Positions 1 to 12,587 of a stretch of DNA of 64,000 nt are shown here, in pieces. The position numbers and the translations under genes were made by a program. The notes below the pieces were generated by a model that searched no databases, was not told where the DNA came from, and saw nothing but the letters and a program-made list of their open reading frames with translations. Positions within the stretch are counted from its first letter, which is position 1. Each line of letters starts with the position of its first letter. The DNA is from Carcharhinus longimanus (Eukaryota), in NCBI GenBank assembly GCA_030264375.1, contig JASCQW010000032.1, positions 31,738,617 through 31,802,616 of the forward strand, in the 5' to 3' direction.

Positions 1-349
1 GAGCATCAAATAGGCACTTGTTCAAAAAACCATCCCATTTTCCTCACCATCAGCGAACGAAAAGAAACACAATATAAAAAAATTATACCAAGAGAAAGTT
101 TTCCTTCAGGTGTGCTTCACATTGTCTCAGTTTGAGTGTAATTGGTCAGTTGATCACACAATCACCATGGTGACAGGCAGCCTGTCCAATGAGAGATACT
201 TGGGGTCATCGCTCACTATTCAAAGTGTGGATGTCCCTTTTAAAACAGGCTGTTGATGGACTGATAATCTGGAGGGGAGTTATGGAAGAGCATCTCAGTT
301 CAGTGATACCATGGAAAATAATGTAAGGACTCTGAAGAAGGTACTTTCC

Positions 350-490
350 AATCAGAAGCAATTAGCTTACTGAGGAGACACTTCAGGTACCTGGGCAGAT
401 GTAGAGCTGACTTCAATATGCACCAGCCATGATCTCCAGAATCATCGTTGCCTGCTTCACGCTGCATAACATTGCACAGCGGTGAGGGTT
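350..490 (+). mobile_element. PIF/Harbinger transposase C-terminal fossil (HARBI1-like)
   Basis: Translates with one frameshift as ISLLRRHFRYLG / LQYAPAMISRIIVACFTLHNIAQR*, matching the Harbinger motif IGLLKxRFRCL..LQYxP..IIVACxxLHN. Confidence 0.8.
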
Positions 491-533
491 AGACTTCTAA
501 AAGGAGAAGCTGCAGATCACCAGAACTTCTTTG

Positions 534-810
534 AAGTTTTAATTTAGTGTCACAAGTAAGCTTACATTAACATTGCAATGAGGTTACTGTAAAAATCCCC
601 TAGTCGCCATATTCTGGTGCCTGTTCGGGTACACTGAGGGAGAATTTAGCATGGTTAATGCACCTAACTAGCACGTCTTTCGGACTGTGGGAGGAAATCC
701 ACGCAGACACGGAGAGAATGTGCAGAGTTCACACAGGCAGTGACCCAAGCTGAGATGCAAACCTGGGTCCCTGGCGCTGTGAGGCAGCAGTGCCGACCAC
801 TGTGCCATCA
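534..810 (-). mobile_element. tRNA-derived V-SINE (HE1-like head/body) with alternative 3' tail
   Basis: Minus strand: tRNA-like head GGCACAGTGGTCGGCACTGCTGCCTCACAGCGCCAGGGACCC, HE1-like body, tail ...TAATGTAAGCTTACTTGTGACACTAAA. Confidence 0.9.
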
Positions 811-912
811 GTAGAAAAAGGAGGAACCCAGTGCCCTTTAGTGCAAAGATTCAATTGAGATTCTCCAGTGCATCCATCTGGCAACTTTCTGTGAAAACTG
901 CTACTCCTCCCC

Positions 913-1800
913 CAGGGGTGTAGCCAGGTTCTAAGGTTAAGGGGAGCGAGCACATAAAAAAGGGACCATGACGCATACCAAATAATTTTAAACTCATTAT
1001 ACATTTTTATTTTGTATTTAAAATCAAAACATAATAAAAACACATGTTATTTAATTAGTTTACATTTTAAAAGTAAAATGAAAACAAAATAAATCAATAT
1101 AAAAAAGATATGAAGCAACTACAACAGTCTCTTTCATCTAGGCTTCATTCTAGCAAAGTTATCTATTACTTTGTTATAATCTACCTCAGTAGCCAACTGT
1201 CTTTCAATGGAGACAAAAGCCAACTCCAACCATCTATCCTTGTCCATTGTTGATCGAAGGTAGGACTTCATATGTTTGAGCCAGCTGAAGGATCGTTCCG
1301 CAACTGTGCTAGTTATTGGTAAGGTCAGAAAAATGTGGTACAATGTGGACAGTTAGGACAATCACCAAATCTATTTACTCACCCAATCTCAGCTGGTGAT
1401 GTCCGTCGGCAAGGGACGCTTGGTCCAGTCGTCACAGTGGCTGCATATTTATGTTCCTTGCGGCGTCTGCAATTATCCTTGTGATTGCATGCCCTCTCGG
1501 GAGATTGCGTGCCTTCCTCACTGCCTGAGGTCCCCGCATCTGTGTTGCATCCCACGATTGCAGTACACGCACGGATCGAGGATTTCAGGTCTCGGGAAGA
1601 GATCTGAGGGGCCCATGAGGAACACCCCATTGAAAAGGCGCCACTTTTGACGAATGTGCTCAGGGAAGTGGTCACTCCCCCTGCTTCCCCTCCAGCTATG
1701 CCACTGCCTCTCCCACCTTCCTCAACACAAAGCTGTCCTGCAACAAACCAATCATCCCATTCAGTGCCCAGTTGCTTGATGTTAGGCCTCATCTACCTAT
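913..1800 (-). mobile_element. Internally deleted hAT DNA transposon with hATC dimerisation-domain fragment
   Basis: ORF 1134-1343 LTLPITSTVAERSFSWLKHMKSYLRSTM matches the hATC motif; hAT-type terminus CAGGGGTGTAGCCAGG at 913; other end not located. Confidence 0.8.
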
Positions 1801-2125
1801 TCATTGCAAGTAAAATGGCCATTTGTCAGGCAGCAAACAGAAATTAGCACCACTGAAAAGTGGTGTCGACAAATAATATTTGCTCAAAATATAAACAGAA
1901 CTTAATCTAATACTGTACATACCCATGTGCATAACCTATTACAGCTACAAACCTTTACTCTTCCTCTTTTCAGTACTTCTCTCTCATGCAACCCTATGAT
2001 CTCAGTAGAGGTACGGGCAGGTTGCTCAAATCCCTGCATTAGTGACTTCTGATCTCTGGGTTTCGGGACATAAGGATCCTGCCAAAGACAGATCCATCTA
2101 CATCTATACAAGGCTAGGCTCTGTC

Positions 2126-2437
2126 AACAGTGGCACACTGGTTAGCATTGCTGCTTCACAGCACCAGAGACCGGGGTTCAATTCCCAGCTTGGGTAACTG
2201 TCTGTGTGGAGTTTGCACATTCTTCCCATGTCCGCATGGGTTTTCTCCGAGTGCTCCAGTTTCCTCCCAAAGTCCAGAGATGTGTGAGTTAGGTGGATTG
2301 GCCATGCTAAATTGTCCCTTAGTGTCAGGGGGACTAGTAGGGTAAATGCATGGGGTTAAGGGGATAGGACCTGTGTGGGATTGTGATCAGTGCAGACATA
2401 ATGGGCCGAATGGTTTCCTTCTGCACTATAGGATCCT
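2126..2437 (+). mobile_element. HE1-type V-SINE with CR1/HER1-like tail
   Basis: tRNA head with A/B boxes (TGGCACACTGG, GGTTCAATTCC), body, tail GGGCCGAATGGTTTCCTTCTGCACTATAGGAT. Confidence 0.9.
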
Positions 2438-2596
2438 CTGAGCAGGCAAGGAGGCAATAAGTGAGGTATTGCAGAACTGGCCTTAATGGTGAGAGGTGGA
2501 AGTACCTTGAGGCAAGCCTCATTCCTCTTTTACTATATTTTTCTTATTTTTTGGTTCACCCACACTTCCCTACCAACAAGCTGCAGCAACAACTTG

Positions 2597-3240
2597 GGCT
2601 GAATTTTACATGGTGTTGTCTTCCCCACCTTCTCCGGCTAAATAATTAGGCGAGACTACTGAGCAGAAAAATGGCTGCCTCCCAGACATTTAGCAGACTG
2701 GAGGTGGAACTTCCGCCCCTCAGAGACTGGAAGGCCAGCCACAGACAGTTGCCAGCTAATCGGATGCCAGCAGCTCTCCAGTACAAGCAATGCCACCGGG
2801 CTTGGTGGCCACTGCCAATACTTCATTCAGGGCTAGGGGAGGCAGTTGGCACTGAATCAGGACTTGGCAAGGATTTGGGTTTCTCGCCAAGTGGGATTGA
2901 AAGGTGGGGGGCAGAATTTGAGAGGCCATATGAGGAGGGAAGCTCGGGAACTAACACCTTGGGGAAACTCTCTGAAGGGGTAAGGGACCCTGTTAAGAAG
3001 AGACCATGCCCACTCACCAGAAACCTATGCAGCGAAACATGTCAAGCTGGGCACTTGAGATGGGCCTCTCCTACCTTTGGTTAAATGCCAGGTGCAACAG
3101 ATTGCAGCCCTAAAGTGGGCATTAATTCCCACATAAAGGCCTCAGTTGGCCCATTGGCACGCTGGCCATCTAATGCCATCTGTTATGCTGGTAAAATTGG
3201 AGTGGAGGCAGGCTGTCCACTAGACCATCAAATCCAGCCC
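2597..3240. mobile_element. Non-autonomous TIR element (probably Harbinger-derived)
   Basis: Termini GGGCTGAATTTT ... AAATCCAGCCC; GC-rich non-coding interior. Confidence 0.55.
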
Positions 3241-4733
3241 CTTGAAGTTATAATCTACCTCACAGGCAAGGCACGGAGCTATCTATTTTTAAAATGGATA
3301 GGGAGAATCTGAGCCATGAATGTGATTTTGACATGAGGCCAGAGTCAATTCACATGCTATATGCAAACAGTCCCAATCTAACAATTATGCTGATGATTGA
3401 TTCCATTGAAGGGTGGGAGGTTCTGGCCCTGCCATCCATTTGGGTCCCACCAAAAGTCAAACAGAGTTTTAACTGGGCTGCTGCCTCCCCCATGGTAGTC
3501 CTGCCACAACGGGGCTGGAAAATCTCAGCCAAATTCAGGTGGTTGAAGCAAAATCAATGTTGCTGTTGCAAAAGATTCTTAGAGATGTTGGCAGATAATG
3601 ATGCGATGCATTCCCCAATCAGTTCCCTTCTCTAATGGTACAGAAGACTAGTACAGCTTATCACATTTTTGAAGTGCAATTTTAATTTTGGGAATGAATG
3701 CTCAGGTAAAGAAATGACTCACTTACCACTTAGCTCCTTTCTATGGTAGTGCCTTATTATCTGAATTTTCTCATTTATGTTCGGTTGGCATTCTGGCTCC
3801 TTTAAGTCCTCTGAAACTGACAGCAACTTCTTCTATCCACACATGCACGGTTATATACAGAATTAATGCTAGTGATCTTTGCTTCCCCATAGGACCCATT
3901 GTTGAAGTCTCTCCAGAATGCAGTCAAATAGAAGTCATTGAGTTCACAAGAACTTGCTTTTTCTGGCTATGACTCTCATTATAAAACTCTTGCAATGTTA
4001 CACTTTGGTTGATTGAGGTGTAGTTGAGTTGAAGTTTGTGATTACTGCAAAACAGCCTCAAAAACTAACTTATTTTTATGGTATGTCCAATTTCACCAGC
4101 TTTTAATGCATTTATAATTTTGTTTATCGCATTTTAGCTTTGACTTTAATCCCATTGGTGTGATATGTTTTTGAATACCTGGAGGTCCCCTTGATCCTTT
4201 GCAGACTCAAACAGCCATCAATAAAGGGAATTTTTTGCATCATGGAGAGAATGAGATTCCCATGGGTGGTTTTCTTGGAATGGTGAGTGCCATCACTTCA
4301 CTGCTGATTGTGCAATCTGGGCCTGTATTAATCTATATTTCAGGCAGGTTTACATGATTTCTAATAGTTATTTCGTACTAAGCTGTTTTTTTTATCAAGG
4401 GGAAATGGGTTAACAAGTGCAAAATTCACTCCAAAACAAATTAGGCTGAGATGATCTCATCAACAAAGGCTCACTCCTCTTTGTTCCAGTGTTAGTTCCA
4501 TTTTTAAAGTGTGCTCCTATCTCTGATTTAAATAAAAGGCATTTCCACCACCATCCCCCATTCTCCACACCCACCCCACCCCCCCGCCATGGACATTAAG
4601 CCCTTCCAAGCAGAAGGGTAACACCCCACCCCCAAGATCATAGGAGATTGCACCTCCCACCCCACACATAGAAGGGAACTTCTGCAATAGAGATACCCAT
4701 AGGGTACCCTGGGCCAGTGGGTACTGTTAAAGT

Positions 4734-4804
4734 ACAGTGAAAAGTCTGACAACAGGACTTTTTACTGTGTTTACGCCAGTCCAACACCGGCATTCCCACA
4801 TCAT
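4734..4804 (+). mobile_element. Penelope-like micro-insertion (71 bp) with 12-bp TSD
   Basis: TACTGTTAAAGT at 4722-4733 and 4805-4816; 3' end CCAGTCCAACACCGGCATTCCCACATC shared with 12237 and 26469 copies; short inverted segment at its 5' end. Confidence 0.75.
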
Positions 4805-5211
4805 TACTGTTAAAGTGCCAGGGGCAATGTCTAACCACGACCCTCACCAACTGAGGGCACACCTGAGTCAACTCTCAGAGTATTTTTGGGAAGATTCCGA
4901 CCTGAAGTTGATTTGCACTCCAACTTCATTGACCCACTTTTGCTTCATATCCTCTTATGCGCTTGCCTTCAAAGATCTATGGATCCTACTCTTAAAAGCT
5001 GTAATTGTATGATCATCCTCAGCCACCTGTAAAGAGCTATTTCTAAAATGGGAACCATCAGGCAGAGTAACTGATGTTAACAGAAAGAACAAAAGATGCA
5101 CATCCTTACTTCAAACTGATATACATCTATCTGTGAACATAGTGGAGTATCACATTAGAAATATAGTATATACCATGTAAACAATTTATATTTATGAACA
5201 GGAAGGAACAG

Positions 5212-5510
5212 TGGGGTAGCACAGTGGTTAGCACTGCTGCTTCACAGTGCCAAGGACCCAGGTTCAATTCCTGGCGTGGGTCACTGTTTGTGCGGAGTCT
5301 GCACATTCTCCCCATGTCTGCTTGGGTTTCCTCCAGGTGCTCTGGTTTCCTCCCACAGCCTGAAAGACGAGCTGTTTAGGTACATTGGCCGTGCTAAATT
5401 CTCCTTCAGTTTACATGAACAGGTGCCAGAGTGCGGCAACTAGGGGATTTTCACAGTAACTTCGTTGCAGTGTTAATGTAAGCCTACTTGTGACTAATAA
5501 TTAAACTTTA
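5212..5510 (+). mobile_element. V-SINE with alternative (Rex1-like) tail
   Basis: HE1-like head/body, tail GGGATTTTCACAGTAAC...GCCTACTTGTGACTAATAATTAAACTTTA. Confidence 0.9.
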
Positions 5511-5768
5511 TTTTTTGACATTAAATACCAAATGCTATGTGCATTCCACAGTATTTTAATTTGATGTTAATAGTTCACAATAATCAAATTTCAATTTAGT
5601 TCTGCAGAACTCCAGACTTTGGAACGTGCAGGCCCAAGTCAGCCACAGAGAATCCTGCTACTAAGAGACTCAGTTTTCAGAATGAAAAGCTCATTGTTCG
5701 GCTGGGATTCAGCACTATTCATCAACATCTGCTTTTGACACTTTTTAACATCTTTAAAGTGATTTATT

Positions 5769-6896
5769 GGGGAGATTTTCCAAAAATTGCACACAGTGAT
5801 GGCTCAGGCGTGAAAACTGGTGTGAAGCTTGCAGATTTGCTATTGAGCAATATTGTTCATTTTAAAAGGAGGATTGAGTGAGTCGGCTGGAGAGGTGGGG
5901 CCTAAGGATGCCAGCAAGGCCAGAAATCTCGAGATCAGGGTGCCATTTTTAAAGGGTGATCTGATCTCCAACTTCTATAAAAGGCCCCCATCCCTTGCAG
6001 GAAATCAGGAATATCCCACATCACCACAATATCCCCCAAGGAGAAGGATCAGAACTGGGACTCACCTCCGACTCCCCAATCCCTCTTCATCCACCACCAA
6101 GGCATTGGCGCTCTTCCCTCCCCACGCACTCCCATTTGCCAACAAGCAAACTTGTTGGCTTTCCAACAAGTTCAAGGCCGTGATTTAGCAGCACCATAGA
6201 TTGCAGGCACAAATCCCATAATGGCGGCTAAACCTCGAGAAGACCAAAACAGGATTTGCACTGCACTGCAGAGATCTCAATTTGAGATTTTTCCCAGCCC
6301 CAACCTGATTTCCATACATTTTAATAAATTAATATCTACTTACGGGCCTTGGCAACATAACACCCACCCACGCCTTATCCTCCCACCCAGTCGGTGTGAT
6401 GTCACGTCAGCGTGAATCACTACTGGTTTTCATAAACAAAAACCAGTCATGATGACCATGCAGGGATGCAGAGGTAAGTATAGCCCCTGGCTGCTGACGG
6501 ACACTACCCCCAGCACACTGGTGCTGCCCCTTAGTGGTGCCAACCTGAAATTACCAGGTGGGTATTGCCGGGGTTGGGCCCTCCGGGGAGGGACGGTGCA
6601 TGTTGGGGATTGGGGGAGAGCCTGAATACTCATGTGGTGGGTGGGTAGAAACCCCCTGACGCCTGTGAGAAGGGAGAGCCATGATGTCTGTGGGGGTGGC
6701 ACCCCGATCTCAGGATTCCAGACATTGCTGGTATCTTTAGGTGTTGCCACTCCGGCTGACAATGTGAATCTCACTGCCCTTTTTCAAATGCACAAAGTGT
6801 TCAACAGTGAGAGGAAAGCTGGCTCTGAAGCCTGCAAGCTTCACACCGGTTTTCTCTCAGCTAACACTCTTGGGAATTTTTGGAAGATTCTGCCTC
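5769..6896. mobile_element. ~1.1 kb non-autonomous element with ~65 bp terminal inverted repeats
   Basis: GATTTTCCAAAAATT...GAAAACTGGTGTGAAGCTTGCAG at the left end mirrors CTGCAAGCTTCACACCGGTTTTC...AATTTTTGGAAGATTC at the right end. Confidence 0.7.
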
Positions 6897-7775
6897 TGGT
6901 GTTTGCTAACTGTAGTGAGAGTTTCTGTCTCTCCTACCCTTTTCAGAAATGAGCTCCAGCTCCATCGATTTGTGTTCTCTCACAGCCACACAGAAAGAGA
7001 GTTACTTCATTGACTTCCACCATTTAAAAGATTGATCAAACAGTACAAAATTGTGCGATGCACAAATGGGACAATTTTACAGGGGCTGGGGTTGTGTTTC
7101 CTTCCGCCCTCACTCAAATAGAGGCCATTAATTGGCCACATAATGGGGGGAATGCCAGTATCTCAGCCTACTTGAGCCTTGGGCAGGAAAGGTGGGGTTG
7201 CGTCCATCACAAGTTCACTCATCAGATCAGGCAGCTCCCGCAAAAGGTCTGCTGCCCCCTCCCCTCTCCACCCCTCAGGTAATCTCTCCCCATTTTCCTT
7301 ACCATCCCAACCTCCCACCCCACTCCCTCCAAAACCTCCAGGCTTCCCCTCACATCCTTATTGGGTGATCCCACACCTACTTAGCCATGTGTGCACCAGC
7401 ATGTCAAATATGGCGACTGTCTCCCAACTGTGGCAATAGTCCCAATGGCATTACTGAGTCCTCAGAGCTGTTGACCAACCGGGTTGGCTTCCAGCTCTTT
7501 GTAATGGAACTCGCTCCCAAGTGAAGGTGGAAAGTCCGCCTCCAGCTAATTAATGCTCCTCAGAATGTTGTGGGGCTGCTAGGATTGACTACTGAGATTG
7601 CTTTCTCTACCAACTCTTAGATGGTGGAGTGGGAAACTATTCCAAAAACCCATCCTATGGATATCAAACCAAGATGTTACACATGATAATTGTTTTTATT
7701 GAACAGCAGTCAAACCCTGTCATTAGTGTACCGACTTGTCAAACCATGAGGTTTTGTTATGTACAGCTATATTGT

Positions 7776-7995
7776 TGGCATGTATTGGTAGTGGTATTAT
7801 TACTAGACTATTCGTCCAGGAAAAACCTAACTCGAAGACTAATGTCCTTTAGGGAAGGGAATCTGTCATCCTTACCTGGCCTGCCCTACATGTGACAGTA
7901 ATGTGGCTGACTCTCAGCTGCCCTCTGAAATGGCCTAGCAAGCCATTCAGTTCAAGGGCAACTAGGGATGGGCAATAAATGCTGGTAAACGAAAA
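7776..7995 (+). mobile_element. tRNA-derived SINE family B (internally deleted)
   Basis: CTAATGTCCTTTAGGGAAGG...GGGATGGGCAATAAATGCTGG shared with copies at 9350, 17558, 23866, 54829. Confidence 0.8.
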
Positions 7996-8377
7996 ATCTT
8001 TTGAACACATTTAGAATGATACCACAATCACCAACTGGACAAAATCTTCTTTCTTTGGTTCTCCAACTGCTTAACTACATCAGAATATAGTAAAGAGACT
8101 TGTATATGTAAAGTAGCATTTGGGTATTTGCAGGTATGGGACCAATACAGTTACCAAAATGATGATTAGTGATTTACTCTAATAACTGTTACATTTCAAC
8201 AAGTTCTCTACAGAGTTCAAATGTCCAGCAGCTTGTGCTGATGCACTGTGTAGAAATTCAGTTGGTAACATTAGAATTATGCCACAAATGCCAGGAAAAC
8301 AATTTGCCTTATTTTGGCTTACCTGTGTTAAATTTTTTGAGTAAAATTGGTCCTCTCAGGACCGTATTGTAAACTCG

Positions 8378-8760
8378 AATCGTAGAACCATGCCATCATT
8401 ACAATGCAGAAGGAGACCATTCGTCACGTTGAGCATGCACTGACAACAATTTCAACGAGGCCTTGTTCCCATAACCCCACATATTTAGATATATGGGGTT
8501 ATGGGGATGGGGCCTGGGTGTGACTGTTGTCAGTGCAGGCTCCATGGGCAAATGTCTTCCTTCTGCACTATAAGGATTCTATGAAACACCTCCTCTGACA
8601 CTAAGGGGCAATTTAGCATGGCTAATCAACCTAACCCTCATATCTTCGGACTGTGGGAGGAAACTGGAGCACCCAGTGGAAAGCCATGTAGTTGCCCAAG
8701 GCCAGAATTGAACCCTGGTCCTTGGTGCTGTGAGGCAACAATGCTAACCACTTTGCTGCC
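8378..8760 (-). mobile_element. HE1-type V-SINE containing an inverted tail segment (8488-8584)
   Basis: Minus-strand tail, then plus-strand tail copy, then minus-strand body and head. Confidence 0.85.
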
Positions 8761-9349
8761 TGCACTGTGCCACCCACACAAGTAGCTAATTGTGACATTT
8801 TCTTCCAATGACCCCTAGCATAGATTAATGCTTTCCAGTTCATGATTCTGCAACCACGAATCATTGCCAATTTTCTGTTAAACTTTCCACGCTTTACAAC
8901 CAAAGACAGAAAATGACCCCATGGCTTGAGAGTTGGAAAAAATTTATAGGATTGAACCTGCAGCAGCTGAAACAATAGAGCAGAGTTTAGCGAGCATTAG
9001 TTTAAACTTTGAAGGAGTGAGAACATCTGCACAAGTTCAAATACAAGTCAAACACTTAAAAAAACAGAAGAGCAATTGAGGTCAACCATCTACGTTGGAA
9101 ATCTCCAACCCCATAACGAGAGCTATTCAATTCCGTAATACCATGTTACTGGGTCAACAGTTCATAAAGTATGAATGTCATGAAAGATGATTGAAAACTG
9201 CAGCCTAAGAATGGCTTGGAAGGTTAAAGGAGCATTCTGTTTTAACTTGCTGGTCCTGCTAAATAGATACGTGCATGCAATTTTTGCAGTCCACTTGAAA
9301 GTTATCTCGTGCTACCTCAGCAGGTTGTCATTCTCAAAATGTTTCCTTT

Positions 9350-9697
9350 TACTCATTCATGGGACATGGGCATCACTGGCTAGTCAGCATTTATTGCCCA
9401 TTCCTGGTAGCCCTTAGAGGGCAGTTGAAACTCGACCACATTGGATCTGGAGTCACACGTGGGCCAGACCAGGTAAGGGCAGTAGATTTCCTTTCTTAAA
9501 AGACATAAGTGAACCAGATGAGTTTCTCCAACATTGGTTTATGGTCATCAATGGATTCTTAACTCCAGGTTATTTTTTGTTACTGAATTCAAATTTCACC
9601 ATCTGCGGTGGCAGGATTAAACCCGGGTCCCCAGAGCATTAGGTGAGTTTCTAGATTAATAGTCTAACAATAATACCACTGGGCCATCACCTCCCCA
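9350..9697 (-). mobile_element. tRNA-derived SINE family B
   Basis: Reverse complement of the family B sequence including head and GGGCAATAAATGCTG tail. Confidence 0.85.
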
Positions 9698-10109
9698 TTC
9701 ATAAAATGAATGAACTGCAGGAATTACAACTGCAAACCTTGATTAAGTTTAAACTTGATTCTAATTACCAGATGGCAAGTGTCACATAGACACTCAGATA
9801 AACACTTGGAATGAGCTCAACATCTGACTTGTTAATTATCTCTCCCGGAGGTACACACTTTGGATCTTTCCTATGGCATATTATCACAACATTTTAAAGA
9901 TAAAATTAACATGCTATATGTGGCTGGTTGATGTATTTAGGTAGTAAATATGGAGTACATACATCCATATGCTAAAAAATCTTCCATTGTTCAAGTTTTA
10001 ATTATTTCTGTTGTGTTACGACTGGCAAGATTTTCATTTTTGGTATCAGGAATACTAAATTAGCATTTAGCCTCTGCACGTTAGAGATATTATTTTTGAT
10101 TCTGCCGTC

Positions 10110-10767
10110 TTTATACTCTCAAGTATATTAATGACTTGGATACAGGGATAGAAGGCTCTATTGCTGAATTTACAGATGACACAAAAATAGGTGGGACAGG
10201 AAGTTGCGATGAGGAAATATAACATTACAAATGGATATAGATATGTTCGGAGAGTGGGCCAAAATGTGGCAGATGGAGTTTAACATGGATAAGTATGAGG
10301 TCATGCATTTTGGTTGGAAAAATGGGAAGACTACTTATTATCTAAGTGTGGAGAGACTTCAGGGTGCTCCAGTGCAGAGGAATGAGTAGAGATCAAATTG
10401 AGTATACAAGATGATAAAAGGCATGGATAAAGTAGACATGGAGTGGATGTTTCCGCTGGTGGGGCATTCTAGAATGAGAGGTCATAGTCTTAGGATAAGG
10501 GGTAACAAATTTAAAACAGTGTTGCGGAGAAACTACTTCTCCCAAAGGGTTGTGAATCTATGGAATTCGCTACCCCAAAGTGTGGTGGATGCTGGGACAG
10601 TGCATAAATTTAAGGAAGAGTTAGACGGATTTTTAATTGGTAATGGGTTGAAGGATTTTGGGGAGAAGGCAGGAAAATAGGAATGAGGAGCATATCAGCC
10701 ACGATCGAATGATGGAGCAGACTCAATGAGCCAAATGGCCGAATTCTGCTCCTGTATCTTATGAACT
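10110..10767 (+). mobile_element. CR1/HER1 LINE 3' fragment with internal deletion
   Basis: YINDLD and FTDDTKIGG RT motifs; ORF 10411-10680 RGHSLRI...RRNYFSQRVVNLWNSLP; CR1-type 3' UTR. Confidence 0.95.
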
Positions 10768-10775
10768 AATAGACT

Positions 10776-10892
10776 TATGAGATGTTAAGCCAAACCAAGG
10801 CCTTTCAGGTAGGCATGCAAAATCCCATGCTACCATTGCAAAGAAGAGCAGGGGAGTTCCTCTAGTCTCCTAGACAGCCTTACTAAAACATA
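10776..10892 (+). mobile_element. DeuSINE (SacSINE1-like) fragment
   Basis: GAGATGTTAAGCC...AAAATCCCATG...GAAGAGCAGGGGAGTTC resembles the Deu-domain SINE body. Confidence 0.65.
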
Positions 10893-11644
10893 GGCCTAGA
10901 TTTTCATCTGCCAGTCAAGTACACAGAGTCAGGAGAAATCCTGTCTTCACAAGCCTGAGCTTTAAAAAAAGGCTGCCTGCACGTCCAGTTTTCATTCTGC
11001 GGGGATAGGCTAGGAGGTGTTGGGTTAAAAAAACCATTGTGTTGTAGATGGTCCATTTACCTCTAAGATGAAGGGCATTTGGGATCAATGAAAAGGAATT
11101 AGTATTTCTATCTAATACTAATAGATAGTATTTCTATTTCCTGGTGCTGGGGGAAAAAAGCCATTTTTGAAATCAGGTTACAGATTTCCTCAAAATCACA
11201 CACAGGTGGCACAGGTACTATGCTGTTGGCAGAGTGAAAGGCTGCTTTGACTTTATGAGCTACCACAACAAGTTGCAGGAGGATAGTGATCTCGAGACAT
11301 AGAGGCACATTCTGCAGCCATCTAAGGATTCTGGGAGATTTGTCCTGGTGTGGCTGGGAATGAGGGAGAACCAGCAAGGCGTCACTGTTGGTGGTGAAAA
11401 CTAAGGGGATCACTTAGATATGGTCAGCCAAAGTTACCATTCAGTGAAACAGGGATAGGATAATTCACTGGAAGCTGGGAGAAACTATCGACTGTTTTGT
11501 TGTTTTAATTCTGTGGGGAAAGGGACCTTTGACAGATATATGAAAAGGTAAACATTCCTCTCTGTAGTTTAAAGTATAACGCCTACTAAAGGAAAATAGT
11601 GTTCAATCAATAGTGCACTGAATCATTTGTTACCGTTTTAGGGT

Positions 11645-11900
11645 ATTGGTTGACTCAGTTGACTTGGGCAGAAACTGTGAATCAAATTGATGCCAACCGC
11701 ATGGGTCTGATCCCTGTTCTTGCTGGGTGGATTTGGGATTTGTCTCCTTGCCCTACCCATGATGGAGGTCACAGCACCCACGGGTTGGACCTGCCTTTGG
11801 GCAAGGAATTGGAGAAGAAGCTTGACTGCAGGATAAGGGGACTCATACTGGTAGAATATAACCTCCATGAAAGCCTCTTCAATTCATGGAATTAAGGGAT
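11645..11900 (+). mobile_element. Old tRNA-headed SINE-like element
   Basis: Head GACTCAGTTG...GCCAACCGCATGGGTCTGATCCC resembles the head of 60017-60250. Confidence 0.45.
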
Positions 11901-12236
11901 TTGTCAGAAGCAGCATTTGCAATCTTTCAATTGTTCCGGCCAATCAGTAGCGACTCTACCTCTTTGGTTCCACTGGGAAGGATGTTAAGTATATTGCCTT
12001 TCTGAAACAAACACCAGACTTTTTTTTATATGCACTGCTGCCTAAATACTTTGGTGATAGTCACTCAGATTCTCCGTGGAAAGATCTGACCAAAAAATCA
12101 AGATTCCGTGGAAAGATCAAAACCAAAAAATAAACAAGGTAATCCTGGTGTCATTACTCACAGAAATCTGACAGCAGTAATTGTTTTCTACTCAGCTCAC
12201 ATTGTTAAGATGCTATCAAATATCTTTCCAACATTG

Positions 12237-12374
12237 ATGTGGCGATGCCAGAGTCTGGAGTACCACAAAAAGTATAACAACACTCGCTTAGAGTCCAACA
12301 GGTTTCAGAGTGTTGCTCCTTCATCAGGTGAGGGACACTAAGGGACTTTAACCTGGTGTTGTGAGATTTCTTAC
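12237..12374 (-). mobile_element. Penelope-like short insertion with inverted 3' piece and 14-bp TSD
   Basis: TCTTTCCAACATTG at 12223-12236 and 12375-12388; truncated hammerhead core CTGATGAAGGAGC..GAAA on minus strand 12303-12332. Confidence 0.8.
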
Positions 12375-12587
12375 TCTTTCCAACATTGGTATATTCTCCT
12401 GACTTGGTAATGCCTCAGCTTGCAGACTCTACTCCTGTGGATACAGCAGTATAGAGAGATTTTTTAAAACTGGATTAATAATTGAGAAACCTATAATAAT
12501 AATACAGGGAAATGAGTTCAAATCCCACATTAATAGTTGGGTAACCTAAAAAAAAGGCTAGTCTTAGCAAGGGTATGAAGACTATTC

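Noticed and set aside
3727-4044. Minus-strand segment bounded by a TTTTGCAG acceptor and GTAAGT donor
   Set aside because: I found no frame open throughout and no recognisable protein
12075-12135. Short tandem duplication TCCGTGGAAAGATC..ACCAAAAAA
   Set aside because: Only two units; ordinary slippage or repair, not an array or CRISPR
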